Source of the DNA: Dicyema japonicum
Lineage: Eukaryota > Animalia > Dicyemida
Assembly: GCA_011109175.1 (NCBI GenBank)
Contig: RDEW01000036.1
Span: 3,583 to 67,582 of the forward strand
Length of the DNA stretch: 64,000 nucleotides
Direction of reading: 5' to 3'
The notes beneath the pieces were generated by a model, which saw only the letters and a program-made list of their open reading frames with translations, did not search any database and was not told where the DNA came from. Numbering within the stretch: position 1 is the stretch's first letter; the number at the start of each line of letters is the position of its first letter. Both the position numbers and the translations under genes were made by a program. Positions 23,420 through 35,841 of the stretch are shown here, one piece after another.

Positions 23420-23990
23420 TCGACCAGCCTCGTCCATGCCGTTGTGGATTGCAATGGACTTCACCCGCTCTCTTGCCGTCTCAGCAGAAGCCGGTTCCCG
23501 AGGCATGCGGTCACAAATAGGTTGTGAAGCGCTCTCTTGATGAGGCTGGATTCCTTCGTGTCTGGAACCTGTAGGTCAAGATCGTGAAGATGGAAGCGCC
23601 TAGATGAAGTAACTCTCTTCCCTTCTCTCGAAGGAAATGCTTGATATGGGATGGGGCTTGTATCGACACCTTTTCCCAGTCGAGACTTGTTGATTCCGCG
23701 TTGAAAGCTGGGGATGCTGCTCGACCTTCGAGAATTTTAAGATAAAAAAAGTACAAAAGCCTTTCCTCAAGATTCCATGTACAGCCAGTTGTTGTCGAGA
23801 CGAGTGGAGTCTTCGGGCCCAAGACGGTTTCTTTTCCCGCTTGGGTCAATGATTTCGAAAGTTAGTAATGAGCATCGGAAATGGTTGTTCCAAAGGATTT
23901 CTCTGGCAGTTGTCAAAGGAAACAGCAATTTCATCCTATCAGCTGGATTATTTTGATTGTCTTGTAACGTAATAATATCCTTTACTTGTT
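23420..23990 (+). mobile_element. CRE-clade retrotransposon 3' region
   Basis: RRLSRSRFPRH, LEPVGQDREDG, LIWDGACIDTF, FQPVVVETSGVFGPKT, RISLAVVKGNSNFI. Confidence 0.85.
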
Positions 23991-23999
23991 GAAAATTTA

Positions 24000-26650
24000 T
24001 TTATTAACCCTGAGATAATCGAGAAAGTAAAGTCAACTAGTTAGGTGATCCCAGTTCCCGCAACCAAACGTGCCATCCTAAGCCTGTGCGTCTCCATTGT
24101 TCCCACTGTCGAACGGAAATGTTTTCTTTGATCCTTGCTGAGGAAGCCGATTGGAGAAGGAAATTTCTTAGCCAACCGATTTTCTTTTGCGTGGAACAGT
24201 GAGAGGCTTAGTGGGTGTCCATCGCATCTACGAGTTGTAGATTCCGTCAACAGGGGAGGCATTTCAGTTTCACATTGTGGTCCCAGCATACGTATTGTTT
24301 TTCTTTGCAATAAGTTTAGTTTTTGGATAGTGGTCTCTGATTGCGCGAATCTCCACGCAGCAGAGGCATATTCCACAGCCGGCGCGATGTCTATGGATCC
24401 GATTGCTTTATACATATTCGCTGTGGTCTTCTGGATGAGGGCCCGTGTGACATTCAATTTCTGTAGTCCTTTGGTGAAGACTTGTTTGGCATGGTAGGTA
24501 AATTTAAGCAGCCTGTCTTATGTCAGTCCCAGGATTGAGGGGTTTCTTGTGACAGGTGTCCAGTATGTCCGATGAAGATTTCTGGTTCTTCTTTGTACCG
24601 CCGGTCGGAGGTGAATAGAGTGCATGATGATTTTGAGCCGATACCGAGAGACGGTTAGCTATCAACCAATCGTGGATACAATCCGAGTGAGACTGCTTCT
24701 GCTGTCTAACTGCTTCTTGTTGCAATGATGATATCGTCAGCATAGGAAAGCAGTAGGAAGTCCTTGTCAATGTCTGCTGGTAGGTTGTGGAGGAAAGGTT
24801 GAATAGAGTGGGGGACAAAGGCAAACCTTGGGGCACTCCGCTTGGTAGTAAACGTGATCGTGATCTGAGGTGGCCACAGATGACCCTCCCACGTCTTCCA
24901 GATAAAAATTGGCCAGCCATAGCTTCAAGTTAGGGCGAATTTTTGAATCAAAGATTTTTCCAATTAAATGTTTCCTCGTACAGAGTCAAACCTCTTGCTG
25001 ATGTCAATCGAGACCATTGTTGTCCGCATGTGTTTTGGGGTAGTGTTGACCATCCGCAAAGAACTGTGAAAGCGTTGATAAGAAAGTCGTGGTTGATCTT
25101 CCACAACAGAATCCGTGTTAGAAATTCGGTTGAGTTAGGGAAGGAGTAATATCAGATAGGATCAACTTTTCCAACACTTTTGTCATTCTAGAGATCAATG
25201 AGATTGGTCTGTATGAATTGGGATCTCCTTTTGGTTTTCCGGTCTTATGAATTGGAGTGATGAGCGAATTCTTCCATATTTGGGAAATAGTGTTCCAGAT
25301 AACGGACAGGTTAAAAATTTCTGTTATGTAGCTAATTTCGTATTCGCTTAGGTGTTTTAGGTGAATTGAAGATATACTTTGTCTGGGCCGCAGACCGTGA
25401 GTTCTTTAATTGGGCGATAACCTCTGAGACCTGCTTGTCTGAGAATAGTTCTTGGTAAGGTTCATTTTTCGGTTTGCGGGCACGTACTTTGATATTCAGT
25501 TGTTTAGAGAATTTCTAGAAGCTGTTCGCAGCGTAGTGTTTCATAAGTAGATTAATGTGTATATGACAAATATGCTCTGGAGAAGGGTTACAGGTTCCGT
25601 TCGTATCTTCCAACTCTGATTTAATTTGTTTTAATGTTTTCCAAAATTGATAAGATGAACTTTTCCCGTTAAGCGATTGATTAGGCCACCTCTGATCCTG
25701 ATGGTCTTTTATTCTCTGGTTGATACTTTTGTTTTGTTGTCTGATGGATTTCAACTCCGTCGATGGCATCTTTTCATTTGGTTCCTTCGTTTTATGAGTG
25801 TAAGTGTCCGGGAATTGAGGGTAGGTATAAAATTCGTGTATGATGAGAGAGAAATATGTTGTCAGCCTTTTGAATGGCCACACTGATGATTTTTTGCGGC
25901 TTCATCCATCGAACGTATATGGGATGATAGTCCTTTGACCAATTCCAGGTCTACGAAGTCAGACCAGTCAACCTTCTTATAATTCTTGAAACTTTTCACT
26001 TCGGTCAGCAATATCCGGCGTTTCCGAAATCCTCTTAACGTAAGAAGGATGGAATTATGGTCGCTGGAGAAACCATAGTTCACATCCATGTAGTATTCCA
26101 GCTAAAGAGGGAGAACACGAGGTTAAATCAGCTATCAGTGTTCCTTAAATAGATTCTGGTGTGTAATTTAGGTTCATTCAGGACAAACATATCAATAAGA
26201 CCATTTGCGATGAACTAGCCTCGGGTGTCAGAGGATTGTGAAGCTAGCCAAAAGGGGTGTCGGGCATTTAGGTCACCGCATATTAGAGCGTTCTTTAGTG
26301 CTGAGAGACAGGGTATATTTGGGTGTAGGATTTTGGGCAGGATCCTTGTGGTGTAGGTTAATCAAGGTTGATATAAAAAGGCGAGTACAGCTCCATTTTG
26401 ATAGTGATCTGCTCCATGGTATCGTCTGACTCCAAAAGTTATGAGGTCCGTCGACACACGTTAATGAAAGGTATACCGTTCTTTATAATTGTGAGTAGTC
26501 CTCCACCTGGTCTTCCTTGACGGTCCGTACGGATTACTGTGTATCCTGGGAAAGAGGGTGGTGAGAGAGGGTGAGTAAAGGATGAGAGTTCCTGGATCTC
26601 TAAGTTCCAGGATCTTCCTTTTAATTCCATTTGTATTTAGTTGTAGAATT
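24000..26650 (-). mobile_element. Largely complete APE-RT LINE (GIT-stop family), decayed ORF2
   Basis: APE IILQLNTNGI and PGYTVIRTDRQGRPGGGL; RT GVPQGLPLSPTLFNL; ends TVGTMETHRLRMARLVAGTGIT-stop plus tail. Confidence 0.88.
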
Positions 26651-26959
26651 ATTAGGTCTCCGGGTGGACCAGGGATTTTTCTAATGTCGCCACAACACTA
26701 GACGTAGTCGGAGGCATGTAACTTACGGAACCCCCAAGAGGTGGGGAGAAGTTATTGACTCTTTCGTTCCTTTCAGGAATAGGTGACACCTTCTCGAGTG
26801 AACCACAAGACACCAAGTTAACTATATCACGTTGCAATCTACTTGTTAAAAATAATTAATTAACTATAAAATTTTAAATATTTACTATTGAATTTTCAAA
26901 TTATTCGTAGGCGAATAAAATTAAATATTTAAGTTTTAGCTAAAATTATCATATCTCTC

Positions 26960-27165
26960 CAATATCTTCACCCCTCGTTAGAGCTTCTATACAACAAATT
27001 GTTCTACCGAGTATCGAGCACGCTTGTGCTGCATGGATTGCCTCTTTATCACTATCGGCACAGAGCAAGCTGGAAGTTTTACAAAATCGATATCTCAGAA
27101 TACTATTGAGATCTTCGAAAAAGACGCCTACCTCGTTACTCAGACCAACAAACAAAAATAGTTTA
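26960..27165 (+). mobile_element. LINE RT-tail fragment
   Basis: QIVLPSIEHACAAWIASLSLSAQSKLEVLQNRYLR. Confidence 0.65.
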
Positions 27166-27440
27166 TTCATGTGTCATAATTATCAATTGACGCATTTTTA
27201 TGATAATAATTTTTATCATTTTTGTAGTACCTAAATAATGACACGTGACATAACATATAATAGCCACTAAACCGACTATCATCAACACGTGCTAAGGGAT
27301 CACGAAAAACCAAGCATTGATTAGTAGAAATTCAAATGTGGTGAAAATATTAAATTTAATTAAAATAAAATTAATTTATTATAAGTAAATTTTTAAATAA
27401 ATTTGAAATCAATTCACATTTTAAAACCAAAAATAACGAT

Positions 27441-28860
27441 ATGAGGTGCCCCCATGAATTAGACGTATATTTAATTCCCCACCTAAGAATGAGGAACGTC
27501 ATAATTTACTGCCTAGAACTGGTTATCCTGTGTAAGCTATCTCCCAGATCGACCAGACTGACTTCTCTGACCAGCAGAACGTCGAAATTATGTACGCCGT
27601 TCTCCAATCTGCCTTCTCCCTGTTGAAGTCCCACGAAATGATCGAAGACACGATAATTCTCCAAAGACTCCGCAAAAAGATCCTCGACCAAGCTGGAGAC
27701 ACCAGTATCATCGATCAGTGTCACGACGAACGGATAATCGACAAGTTTCTTGACATTATTCGCGGAATTGTCAAACGGGACAGAATCTTCGACGATTGGC
27801 AGAGTCATCGTGACTTTCTGGTGTCGAGTCTTACAGATTTCCAGAGTTTGTTCAATCCCCACATGAAATCAGAAGAAAATATGTTTCTTCCCCTTCTCAG
27901 ACGTTTCATGGGATATGACGAGCTCAGAGTAGTCTATAAAACCGTGATAAAGTACCATGACCTCGTCCAACCAAAGATTGAGACCATTGACTCTTACAAG
28001 AAGACAAAAGATGCCTACATTCGCGGACAATTTATCGACATCTTACCAACGGAAATCCTAATTGAGATATTCAAACTCATCCCCCGTTCTTGTCTTGCCA
28101 ATGTGGCCTATGTCTGTAAACGGTGGAGACGATTGACCTTATGTACTCAGCTGTGGACCTTCTTTGACTTAAAACCTCATCTATCTGCCTTTTCAATCCC
28201 AGGTCTCCTCAAGTTTGTGATCCCCAAGGTCAGGTTTTCTGTTATGGGCCTGTCCTTGTCGAATTGTGAGGACATTAATGACGAACTGGTTAGCTTCATG
28301 TTTACATGTTCTAGGCAACTAGGTTCCTCTCCTTATGTCCCCTCGTCCATGACCTCGACCTTTCGTATACACGTGTTACGGATCAACTATTTTTGAATTT
28401 TTTTTCCCAGTCAAAGTCGCTCTCGCAGTTAAAGAGTCTAAATCTTTCGGGATGCTCTCAAATCACTGATGTGGCCCTTCAAGCTTTGGGAGGTCCTCGT
28501 TTGAAGTCTTTGGAGGACTTGGATCTCTCAGGATGTGAGAATATTACTGATACTGGGCTCCTGTTAGTCATTTTTGTTACTTTCAGATCTCTGGTTTCAT
28601 CCGGTGAGGAGTCGGATAGCCCACTGATCCTCAAGAGACTCAAGTCGCTAAATCTGTCAGGATGTCGCTTTCTTACCGGACCAGGCTTGGTTAGATTTGT
28701 TGAATCGTGTCCCCAAATTGTACCAGAACAGCTGTACTACTGCTCGATTGTTCAGGACGGTCCTTTTCCACGACTGGCGAACGGATGCTCTAATGCGTGC
28801 CCTTTTTGTGTGGTTTCATCGAAAATGACTTTTTATGATTTTTATTTAACAAATTTCTAA
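27441..28860 (+). CDS. FBXL5: F-box/LRR protein 5: hemerythrin-like domain, F-box and LRRs (iron/oxygen-sensing SCF adaptor)
   Basis: N-terminus MRCPHELDVYLIPHLRM; di-iron ligand motifs KSHEMIE, QCHDE and PHMKSEE; F-box LPTEILIEIFKLI; LRRs LNLSGC and LDLSGC; C-terminal YYC...GC..CPFC. Three introns of 24-26 nt restore the frame. Confidence 0.92.
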
Positions 28861-29579
28861 TTTTATTCCTTATATCGATTTATTGACTTATTTGTTTAAA
28901 TAAACATAATTGAAACAACTTAAGCCCTCTAACTAAAGTGGCCCGGATTGCGTGAGTGTTCCCTTTAATCATTGCCTCATTTCGATCGATTCTTCGTATT
29001 AGGGAGAAATGCGTCTGTCATCTCTTATTTTGGCTGTTTACAAGGTTTTCTATGGATTTAATTTTGTGGTCATAATTAAACCACAGATTAAGAATTATAG
29101 TGAAGTCATCATGATATGAGTAAAACTTTTTTCATCCAAATGAAAAGGGGAACGAAAGGTTTTTTGAATTTGAGTTGAAATATAACTTTAGGTATTCTGA
29201 TTGTTGATTTTCGCTTAAAATAGTGAAATATCACATGAATAGACAATTCCTTTTTACAGGACTTTGGGTTTCTGACGTCTTTCAATTTCGATACTTAGTC
29301 AGGACTCACGAGGACAAGCCTTTTCATCGATCACTAAACTTTTTTTTATGATTCACTTTATTAAACATGAAATAGAACTATATAGAAATTTTTTCAAATA
29401 CACCTAAACTTTCCGGTTTATTACCATTCCCGATCAATTAAAATTCTATAATTTCACTAAAATATGGTAATTATCCACTATAATCTTGTTAGGCATGTAA
29501 TCTCTTAAAAAGACTGAGGAAAGATAATTCGGGACAACCATAGACACTGAATAATATCATTTTCCAATCTATGAATGAA

Positions 29580-29725
29580 TCATCTCTTCTCTTCGGAAGC
29601 GAAAGCATGTGATGGAATATTGGAGGATGTATTTGGTCGGCACAAACAGACGTTCTACCTTGGGTTACTTAATTGGGACTGTTTGTGCTAGGCTGATTGT
29701 AAGTCTGACGTTAATAAATAAAATC
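29580..29725 (+). repeat. SINE family B 3' fragment (older copy)
   Basis: CTCTTCGGAAGCG...TATTGGA.GATG.ATTTGGTCGGCACAA.CAGA.GTTCT...ACTGTTTGTGCT. Confidence 0.75.
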
Positions 29726-29949
29726 ATATTATGGTCAATAATTGATATTCGTTCCGAAAGTTACTATAATCTCGGTAGTGCTCTGCTCAATGGACATGCA
29801 CAAAACGTTAAACTCAGTTTCGAGGAAGATACTCTGGATTAGACCGTGACAGGAGGAAGATACCCTTCTAGGGAAGGCGTAATTAAGCGTGGTCTTGACG
29901 AACTGTTAGTAAATATTCGTCAGTGATTCTATGGATTGGTTGTGACGTG

Positions 29950-31435
29950 ATAAGAGTGACAGATGATTTCGTAAGAGAAGGGAACATTCAGTTGGAGTTT
30001 ATACATTCACTTATGAGGTCAATTTTATCGTGCAAAAGTAGCGTGGCTCTCTGAATGTCTGTGTCCTTGGCAGCGATGACAAAGTCATCGGCATACGTAA
30101 GGACAATTGAGTTTGGAGTAGTCGAAATGCTACTCAGGTGGTGGTTGAAAAGGCTCGGAATGACAGAACTCTGTGGAACCCCGTTTAGAAGATACCTGAA
30201 CCGCGAACTGCAAGAGTGGAGGCATTCTTGTTTGAGTCGGTCAGACACGAAATTCAAGAGCCAGCGCATCCAGATGGATGGGATTTCAGAAAAAATTTTG
30301 TTGGACAGTACTACACGTGAGATGCCTTGGTGGATGCAAGTACCTTCCTTTCAGGAGGAGAGAAGTTATTGAAACCCTTTGACAAGGGTTCTCAGGTGGG
30401 TAGTTGTGAAGTGGAGTGAGAGGAACCCATGCTGATGATTGGCAAACAAGATGTGAATTTAAATTTCTTTAAAGACGATTTTCTCCAAAATTTTGGAAAC
30501 CACAGACAGAAAGGAGATAAGTCTGAACAATGAAGGATCTACTGGACTCTTGTTAAGCTTTAGGATTGGGATAATCTTGATTTTTCAATAAAGCTGGAAT
30601 TCGGGATGAGTTTATTGAATATTTTAATAAAGCCGTTAAATCATGGATTCAGTTTGAACTAAGGTTCTTAAGTGGAAGATACTAAGACTATCAGGTCATT
30701 TTGCGGTGGAGTTCATCTTAAGGTGACTAATAAAAGAATAAAACTTCATCAACTCATTGGCCCGACTTGAAAAGTATTTCAGTTTTGCTTCTTTTTGGCT
30801 GGTACCCTTGGGAGACTGAATTGAGTTTTTAGCAGCTTCTAATCGTCTACCAGAATCTTCTTGGGTTGGTTTTGTAGTTTATACTTTCTACAGATTCTTT
30901 TGCTCTGCAATGAGCGAACATAGTTTTGTTAATGTCGGACGACTCTGAATGTACCTTACCGCTATTTGCTGGATTTCATCTCTTCAAATGTCTTCTTTTA
31001 CAAATCAATGAAATTGCTTCTTGGTTGAAGTACAGATTGAAGTAGAGTATGAAACCATTCGGTATGAACTTATTATAAATAGTTAGAATCGCCGAGTTGA
31101 ATGAGCTTAAAGCTTCATCAAAAGAGTGAAATTTTTCAAATGCAAACTTGAAATTTTCCTATGATAGTTCACTTGAATTTTTCATAAATGCTCTTTTTTA
31201 GATAACTTAAGTACGTCTGTATAAGTCTCGCGGGATGAAAAATCTAGTCACAAAAATAGGGTAATGTCGATTAGCCAGGAAGGTTCTTTTGCATTAAAAT
31301 CATTGAAATCCATATCTATGGTTCGAAGAAACAGTAGGTTTGGTTAGTAGCAACGTGAAGAGGGAGGAATATACGTGTTGATAATGGTACATGGAGTCGA
31401 GTTAACGCTGATGACTAGGGCAATTTTTTATAGCC
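29950..31435 (-). mobile_element. Degenerate APE-RT LINE
   Basis: APE TIINTYIPP at about 31380; RT GVPQSSVIPSLFN and LTYADDFVIA at about 30080. Confidence 0.75.
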
Positions 31436-31539
31436 AGTAAAATTTAAAATATAGCACTTAAAAACATTTAGCATGTATAAACCACAAAATATAGCAATAA
31501 AAATTATAGCACTTAATAATTTTTAATTTTTAAAAAAGA

Positions 31540-31700
31540 AAACAAGCAAAGTCTTTTAGTTAAAAGGCTAGAATTACGAAGGCGTTCCACTTATCACCCC
31601 TATTTCGAGCCTCTGTCTCAACCAGAATCTTTCGAGTGGTTCGCATCTCTTCGAAGTAAGCCTTCGGCGATATTGAGTCTTCCACAAAATCCAAGTATTT
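31540..31700 (-). mobile_element. CRE-clade 3' tip (subfamily of 43340-44090)
   Basis: RFWLRQRLEIGVISG, with nucleotide similarity to 43345-43500. Confidence 0.65.
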
Positions 31701-32189
31701 CATCCTTTTATATTCTTTATGTAATGTAATTTTTTTCTGCTCCGACTCTGAGTAACAAATCTAATCCAGAATAGTTTAAAGCTATTGTTCTTAATGAGTG
31801 TAGATGTAGTGCTAATTAATTGATTGTGTTTTTAGAATTCCCCCACATTCGAAAGAACTAATTATATCATATAAGGCGTCCTAATTTTCGATTCTTTGTT
31901 GTAGCACTTTTAAATTTCTTTGAAAAGAGCTGGCTTACTGAACGCATTTCCTTGCAGAATGTCAGGGAAATTCCTTCTCGATTCTGAGAACAGCCATTAG
32001 TTTTTAAATTTATTTTGCTGTTTTAAAAAATTTCTGTGATGAATCGAATAGCATGCATCTTAGATTGTTATATATTGATTTAGTGTCTTTGAATAAACAG
32101 TAATTCAAACACATTTATGTTAATTAATTGATTGTGGTTACAAAATTTATAGCAAACATTTATTATAGCATTTATAGCCATCTTTTCTC

Positions 32190-32500
32190 GATGCTCCGAC
32201 CGTGAACCCACACATTTTCTATACGGAATGGGGATCTTTTATCCCTCCTCTTCTGAAATTTCCTCCAGTTGCTTCTATGATAGACTCAAGTGTTCTCTCT
32301 ATCCGTATATTTTTCCTGTAAATTGATTGCTTTTGACTGGATCTCTTGAATTTTTATTAGGTTCGTTGCCGCAAGGTTAGATCACCACGCAGCAATACGT
32401 AGCTTATTGTTGGCTCTATATACTGCTTGTAGAGGGTCCCGACACTTGGCGGATAAATTTTTCCACAGTTCAAAAAAAAGGCTTTTACAAAATTGATCTT
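32190..32500 (-). mobile_element. LINE 3' fragment, sister of 14378-14750
   Basis: Shared CATCTTTTCTCGATGCTCCGAC...CCACACATTTTCTATACGG and GCTTGTAGAGGGTCCCGA...GGCTTTTACAAAATTGATCTTC. Confidence 0.7.
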
Positions 32501-32999
32501 CTTTTTAAAACTAATAATAAAGTCGGATTTTCAGAATCCTAAAGACCAAGACAAGGAAGAGCTATTTCTGGATCTTCTTTCCTGTAGGAGACATCAGAAC
32601 CAGAAATTGCATCAATGACTATTTTTTCTGGAATTTTTAAAATTCTTTGTTATGAAGAGGGAATTGAAGACCAAATATCTTTGATAATGCCTGATTTCAT
32701 CATTTTATGGACAATCTCCATGTACAATCTCCATGTTACCTTACTCACCCATTTCTCAATCCAATTAGAACTTATCAACATGTGGAAAAACTATATGTTT
32801 CCAGAGGAGGTGTCGAAAATGAGAAAATTTAAAAAGTTTGTTTTTACTTTTAAAAAATAGTGACGCTATTGGTCGAAAAAGCCTATAAAAAGAATTTCTT
32901 ACTGTAGTGTGCCTGGATATATATAATGCAGTGTTTGGCACCTAGACTTCTTGATACGTTGTCAGAGCCAAATATTTGGAAAACGACAATTTGTGAATA

Positions 33000-33650
33000 G
33001 AAAACTATCTTTCAGGAAGAGAGTCTTACATACGTGTCGGAGATTTTACTTCCAATAAGATAGAGTTAAGAAGGGGAGTTCCACAAGGTTCTATTCTCAA
33101 CCCACTTCTCTTTAATTGTGTGATGAGTGAAGTGTAGAAAACAGAGATCTCCAATAGCCAGATGGTTTTTTATGCTGACGACATAATTGTTCTCGACTCA
33201 AGCATAAAAAGCAAATGTCATGGAGGAGGATTGAATCTCAGATCTTAAGAATTGAAACCTTGTGCGAAGATAATTGATTAAATCTATCGAGGTTATGCAC
33301 TGTCAGGCTATATAAATAAAACGGAAAGAATGTAAATCGTTAAGTGGATACAGGGAAAATTTCAGCTATCGGAAAAATTGAAATATCTTGGACTGTCTGT
33401 TGATAAAAGAGGATCCTTCAAAGATCATGTCGAGACACGAAGAGCGAAAGCGACGGGGATACTTAAATCATTACTTTGATTTTATCTGAATCCGGAGACC
33501 TTCCTTTATATATATTCTGCATGCATTGAACCATTCTTTGATATATGGCTATCAAGGATGTTTTGAGACAGAAGAAAACAAATTCCTGAAATTACTTGAG
33601 AAATCCAGGAGATATACCATTGAGTTGGAGTATGGATTAAATTTAAAAAG
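33000..33650 (+). mobile_element. LINE RT fragment
   Basis: RRGVPQGSILNPLLFNCV, FYADDIIV, KLKYLGLSVD. Confidence 0.75.
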
Positions 33651-33829
33651 ATAATTAAGCTTCCTTAAGGAAAAATACAAAAACAATCGAAGAAATATTA
33701 CATCACGTGGAGACGTGTGATTTAATTTGGGCTTTTCTAACTAAAAAGGACACACGGTCAGAAGATACGAACCTTCTGAATTAGTTTTTCGACTTTTTTT
33801 TTTCGACTTTTTTAATTTCTTCTGCCAGT

Positions 33830-34320
33830 AGATGCCTACTATTTTCCTCCGCTGTTAGTCTGTTAAGATCTGCTTTCGACGACCCCGTGATCCTAAGTTG
33901 TATAGTAGGAACGGTTTTTATGTCAGTTGATTCCGGCATCTCTCATTCTCTCAATTTGTGTTAAACCATTCATGAGGTCTGCTTAAAGTTGTTTGCAATG
34001 TGTTTGTAGCTGTCGTAACACGTATATCCTTGCAAGCATAAATTATGTCATCGGCATACGCAAAAGTTATCAAATTTTCGTCCGAACTGTTTGGAATATC
34101 GTGTAAGACGGTGACAAAGGGGAACCTGTGGCACACCGTTTGTAAGAAATTTTGAGACCGATTGGCAGGATTTTGGTACTACTTTTCCTTTTCGACAGTA
34201 CAAAAGTATTCGAGTATCTTTTGAAAATTATAGGTATTTCCGAGCAGTAGATCTTCATCGTTAAGTTTTTTCTGGGGACCAAGTCAAAAGCCCTGCGGAT
34301 ATTTTCAGAAAGATAGAAGT
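33830..34320 (-). mobile_element. GIT-stop family LINE RT and 3' fragment
   Basis: RAFDLVPR, TFAYADDIIYA; the 3' end is near identical to 18120-18210. Confidence 0.7.
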
Positions 34321-34400
34321 AATTCACTAATAAATTTAAAAAGAGATTTTATAAGTAAATTAAATAAAAATTAATATTTAAAATTCAAATAATTTAATTA

Positions 34401-35020
34401 ATGAGTGATGTGTCTCCATTTCTCATTCAGCTCAAACGGAGGTATTTTCATATAGACAAAATTAGCTTAGAAGAAGGTCACAAGGACATCCACCACAACT
34501 GCACGAGGACTGCTAATAAGGCAAATGTAAAGAATTTATTTATTTAGATTGTGCATGCTGAAATTATTGAAGTTGAAAATAAACTTAAAAATTTAACCAA
34601 AATTATAAATAATTATAAATTTTTTTCAGACCAAATTTTATCCTTAAATTCAGAGATTAAACAAATAAATTTCCACCTTACCCAAGCGGGTCGCTGTCTC
34701 GACAAAATCCACGAAGGGATGTATCAGATAAAAAACTACGACGAAATCTACCGCGAAAAAACGGATAATCTCCAAAAATACGGAGAAAGGTTGAAGGATT
34801 GGCAAATTGAGCAAGAAAGGAAGTTAGAACTGGAAGATCTGCGATACCAGCAAAAACAGGCCGACTTGGAGTACGCCTTTCAAAAAGATTTTAATGAATT
34901 CTCTGCAAATGGGCCATCTGCTTTGAAAATCGCGGAAATCATTTACCGGGGCTGGATTCAGTAATTTTGGAGGATGAAGAAATGAGAAAACGATTTGAAG
35001 ACTTTTTGTGTGATGATTAA
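34401..35020 (+). CDS. DTNBP1: Dysbindin-like coiled-coil protein (BLOC-1 subunit 8), with an apparent frameshift near the C-terminus
   Basis: Two tiny introns restore MSDVSPFLIQLKRSLEEGHKDIHHNCTRTANKANIVHAEI. ELEDLRYQQKQADLEYAFQKDFNEFSANG..LKIAE resembles my recollection of human dysbindin [23 protein letters not shown]. The acidic tail LDSVILEDEE..FEDFL lies in another frame. Confidence 0.65.
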
Positions 35021-35039
35021 CTATTTATATGTTATTATA

Positions 35040-35370
35040 TTCCACGTGGGTAGACATTTATAAAGTTGACTTTAAAATTTGAAAATGTTGAGATCCACGT
35101 GTGTTTGTTACCTTGGTTTATGGTTAATCGATAATTAGTTTTCTTGAGATTTGACTTTATCACTTTGAGTTTAACTTCGAACCCACGTGTGTTTGTTTAC
35201 TCGTAAGGGGTTATGGCTATGGATCTTAGTTTTGCAAAAAATGTATTTATTGACTTTGATTCTGAACCCACGTGTGTTTGTTTACATTTAATGGTAGTGG
35301 CTAATTTGGAACTAGTAGAGGTGATTGACTGTATTTATTGATTTGGATCCACGTGTGGTTGTTTGTGTCT
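35040..35370. repeat. Degenerate tandem repeat of about 85 nt with a CCACGTG core
   Basis: CACGTG at 35043, 35096, 35184, 35269 and 35350; in the last four units it is followed by TG(T/G)TTGTT. Confidence 0.85.
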
Positions 35371-35437
35371 TAGTGATAGTTTTTACTATTTAGTATCTGC
35401 TTGTTGTTTTGTGGTAAAGGTTGATAAAAATATTTAA

Positions 35438-35734
35438 ATGGGAAATACGAGCGGTATAACACAAGATACTTTGAACTTGGCTAACGTGGTCCTGGACATA
35501 TTCTCTAAGAGAGCCATTTACTCCGCAGTTTACCAAGAACTCCGAAAATCCAGTCGCGTTAACAAAAAACCATCAGTGAGGATTTTGTTACCTTCTCATG
35601 CTATGACTTAGAGGAACTGCATCGGGGGAAACTCCTCTGGATGGTTGTTGACTAATGGTCTTTTTGGATATAATTTAGGATTAAATTTGGCGTCACATGA
35701 GATGATGGACCACATGACGCAGTGGGGAGAATAG
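35438..35734 (+). CDS. Possible small spliced gene of unknown function
   Basis: ATG after an AT-rich spacer, MGNTSGITQDTLNLANVVLDIF...; candidate GT-AG introns of 36 and 21 nt give an open frame to TAG at 35734. No recognisable motif. Confidence 0.25.
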
Positions 35735-35841
35735 TTGAGCAGAGGTTTTAACTACTTAAATACTACGGATTTAATAAATTAAATATTTAAATAATATATT
35801 TGTAATTAAAATTAAACATTAAAATTTTGTAGTGCACGTTG

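Noticed and set aside
31430-32190. Clusters of TATAGC(A) at both ends of an AT-rich segment
   Set aside because: Both clusters have the same orientation, with no terminal inverted repeat or target-site duplication, so I cannot support a transposon call.
34551-34964. BLOC1S5/Muted assignment
   Set aside because: The AFQKD..G..KIAE and N-terminal H..A..V..E patterns fit dysbindin better.
35040-35370. Repeat-spacer-like periodicity suggesting a CRISPR array
   Set aside because: The intervening sequences are related to each other, lengths are irregular, there are no cas genes and the context is eukaryotic.
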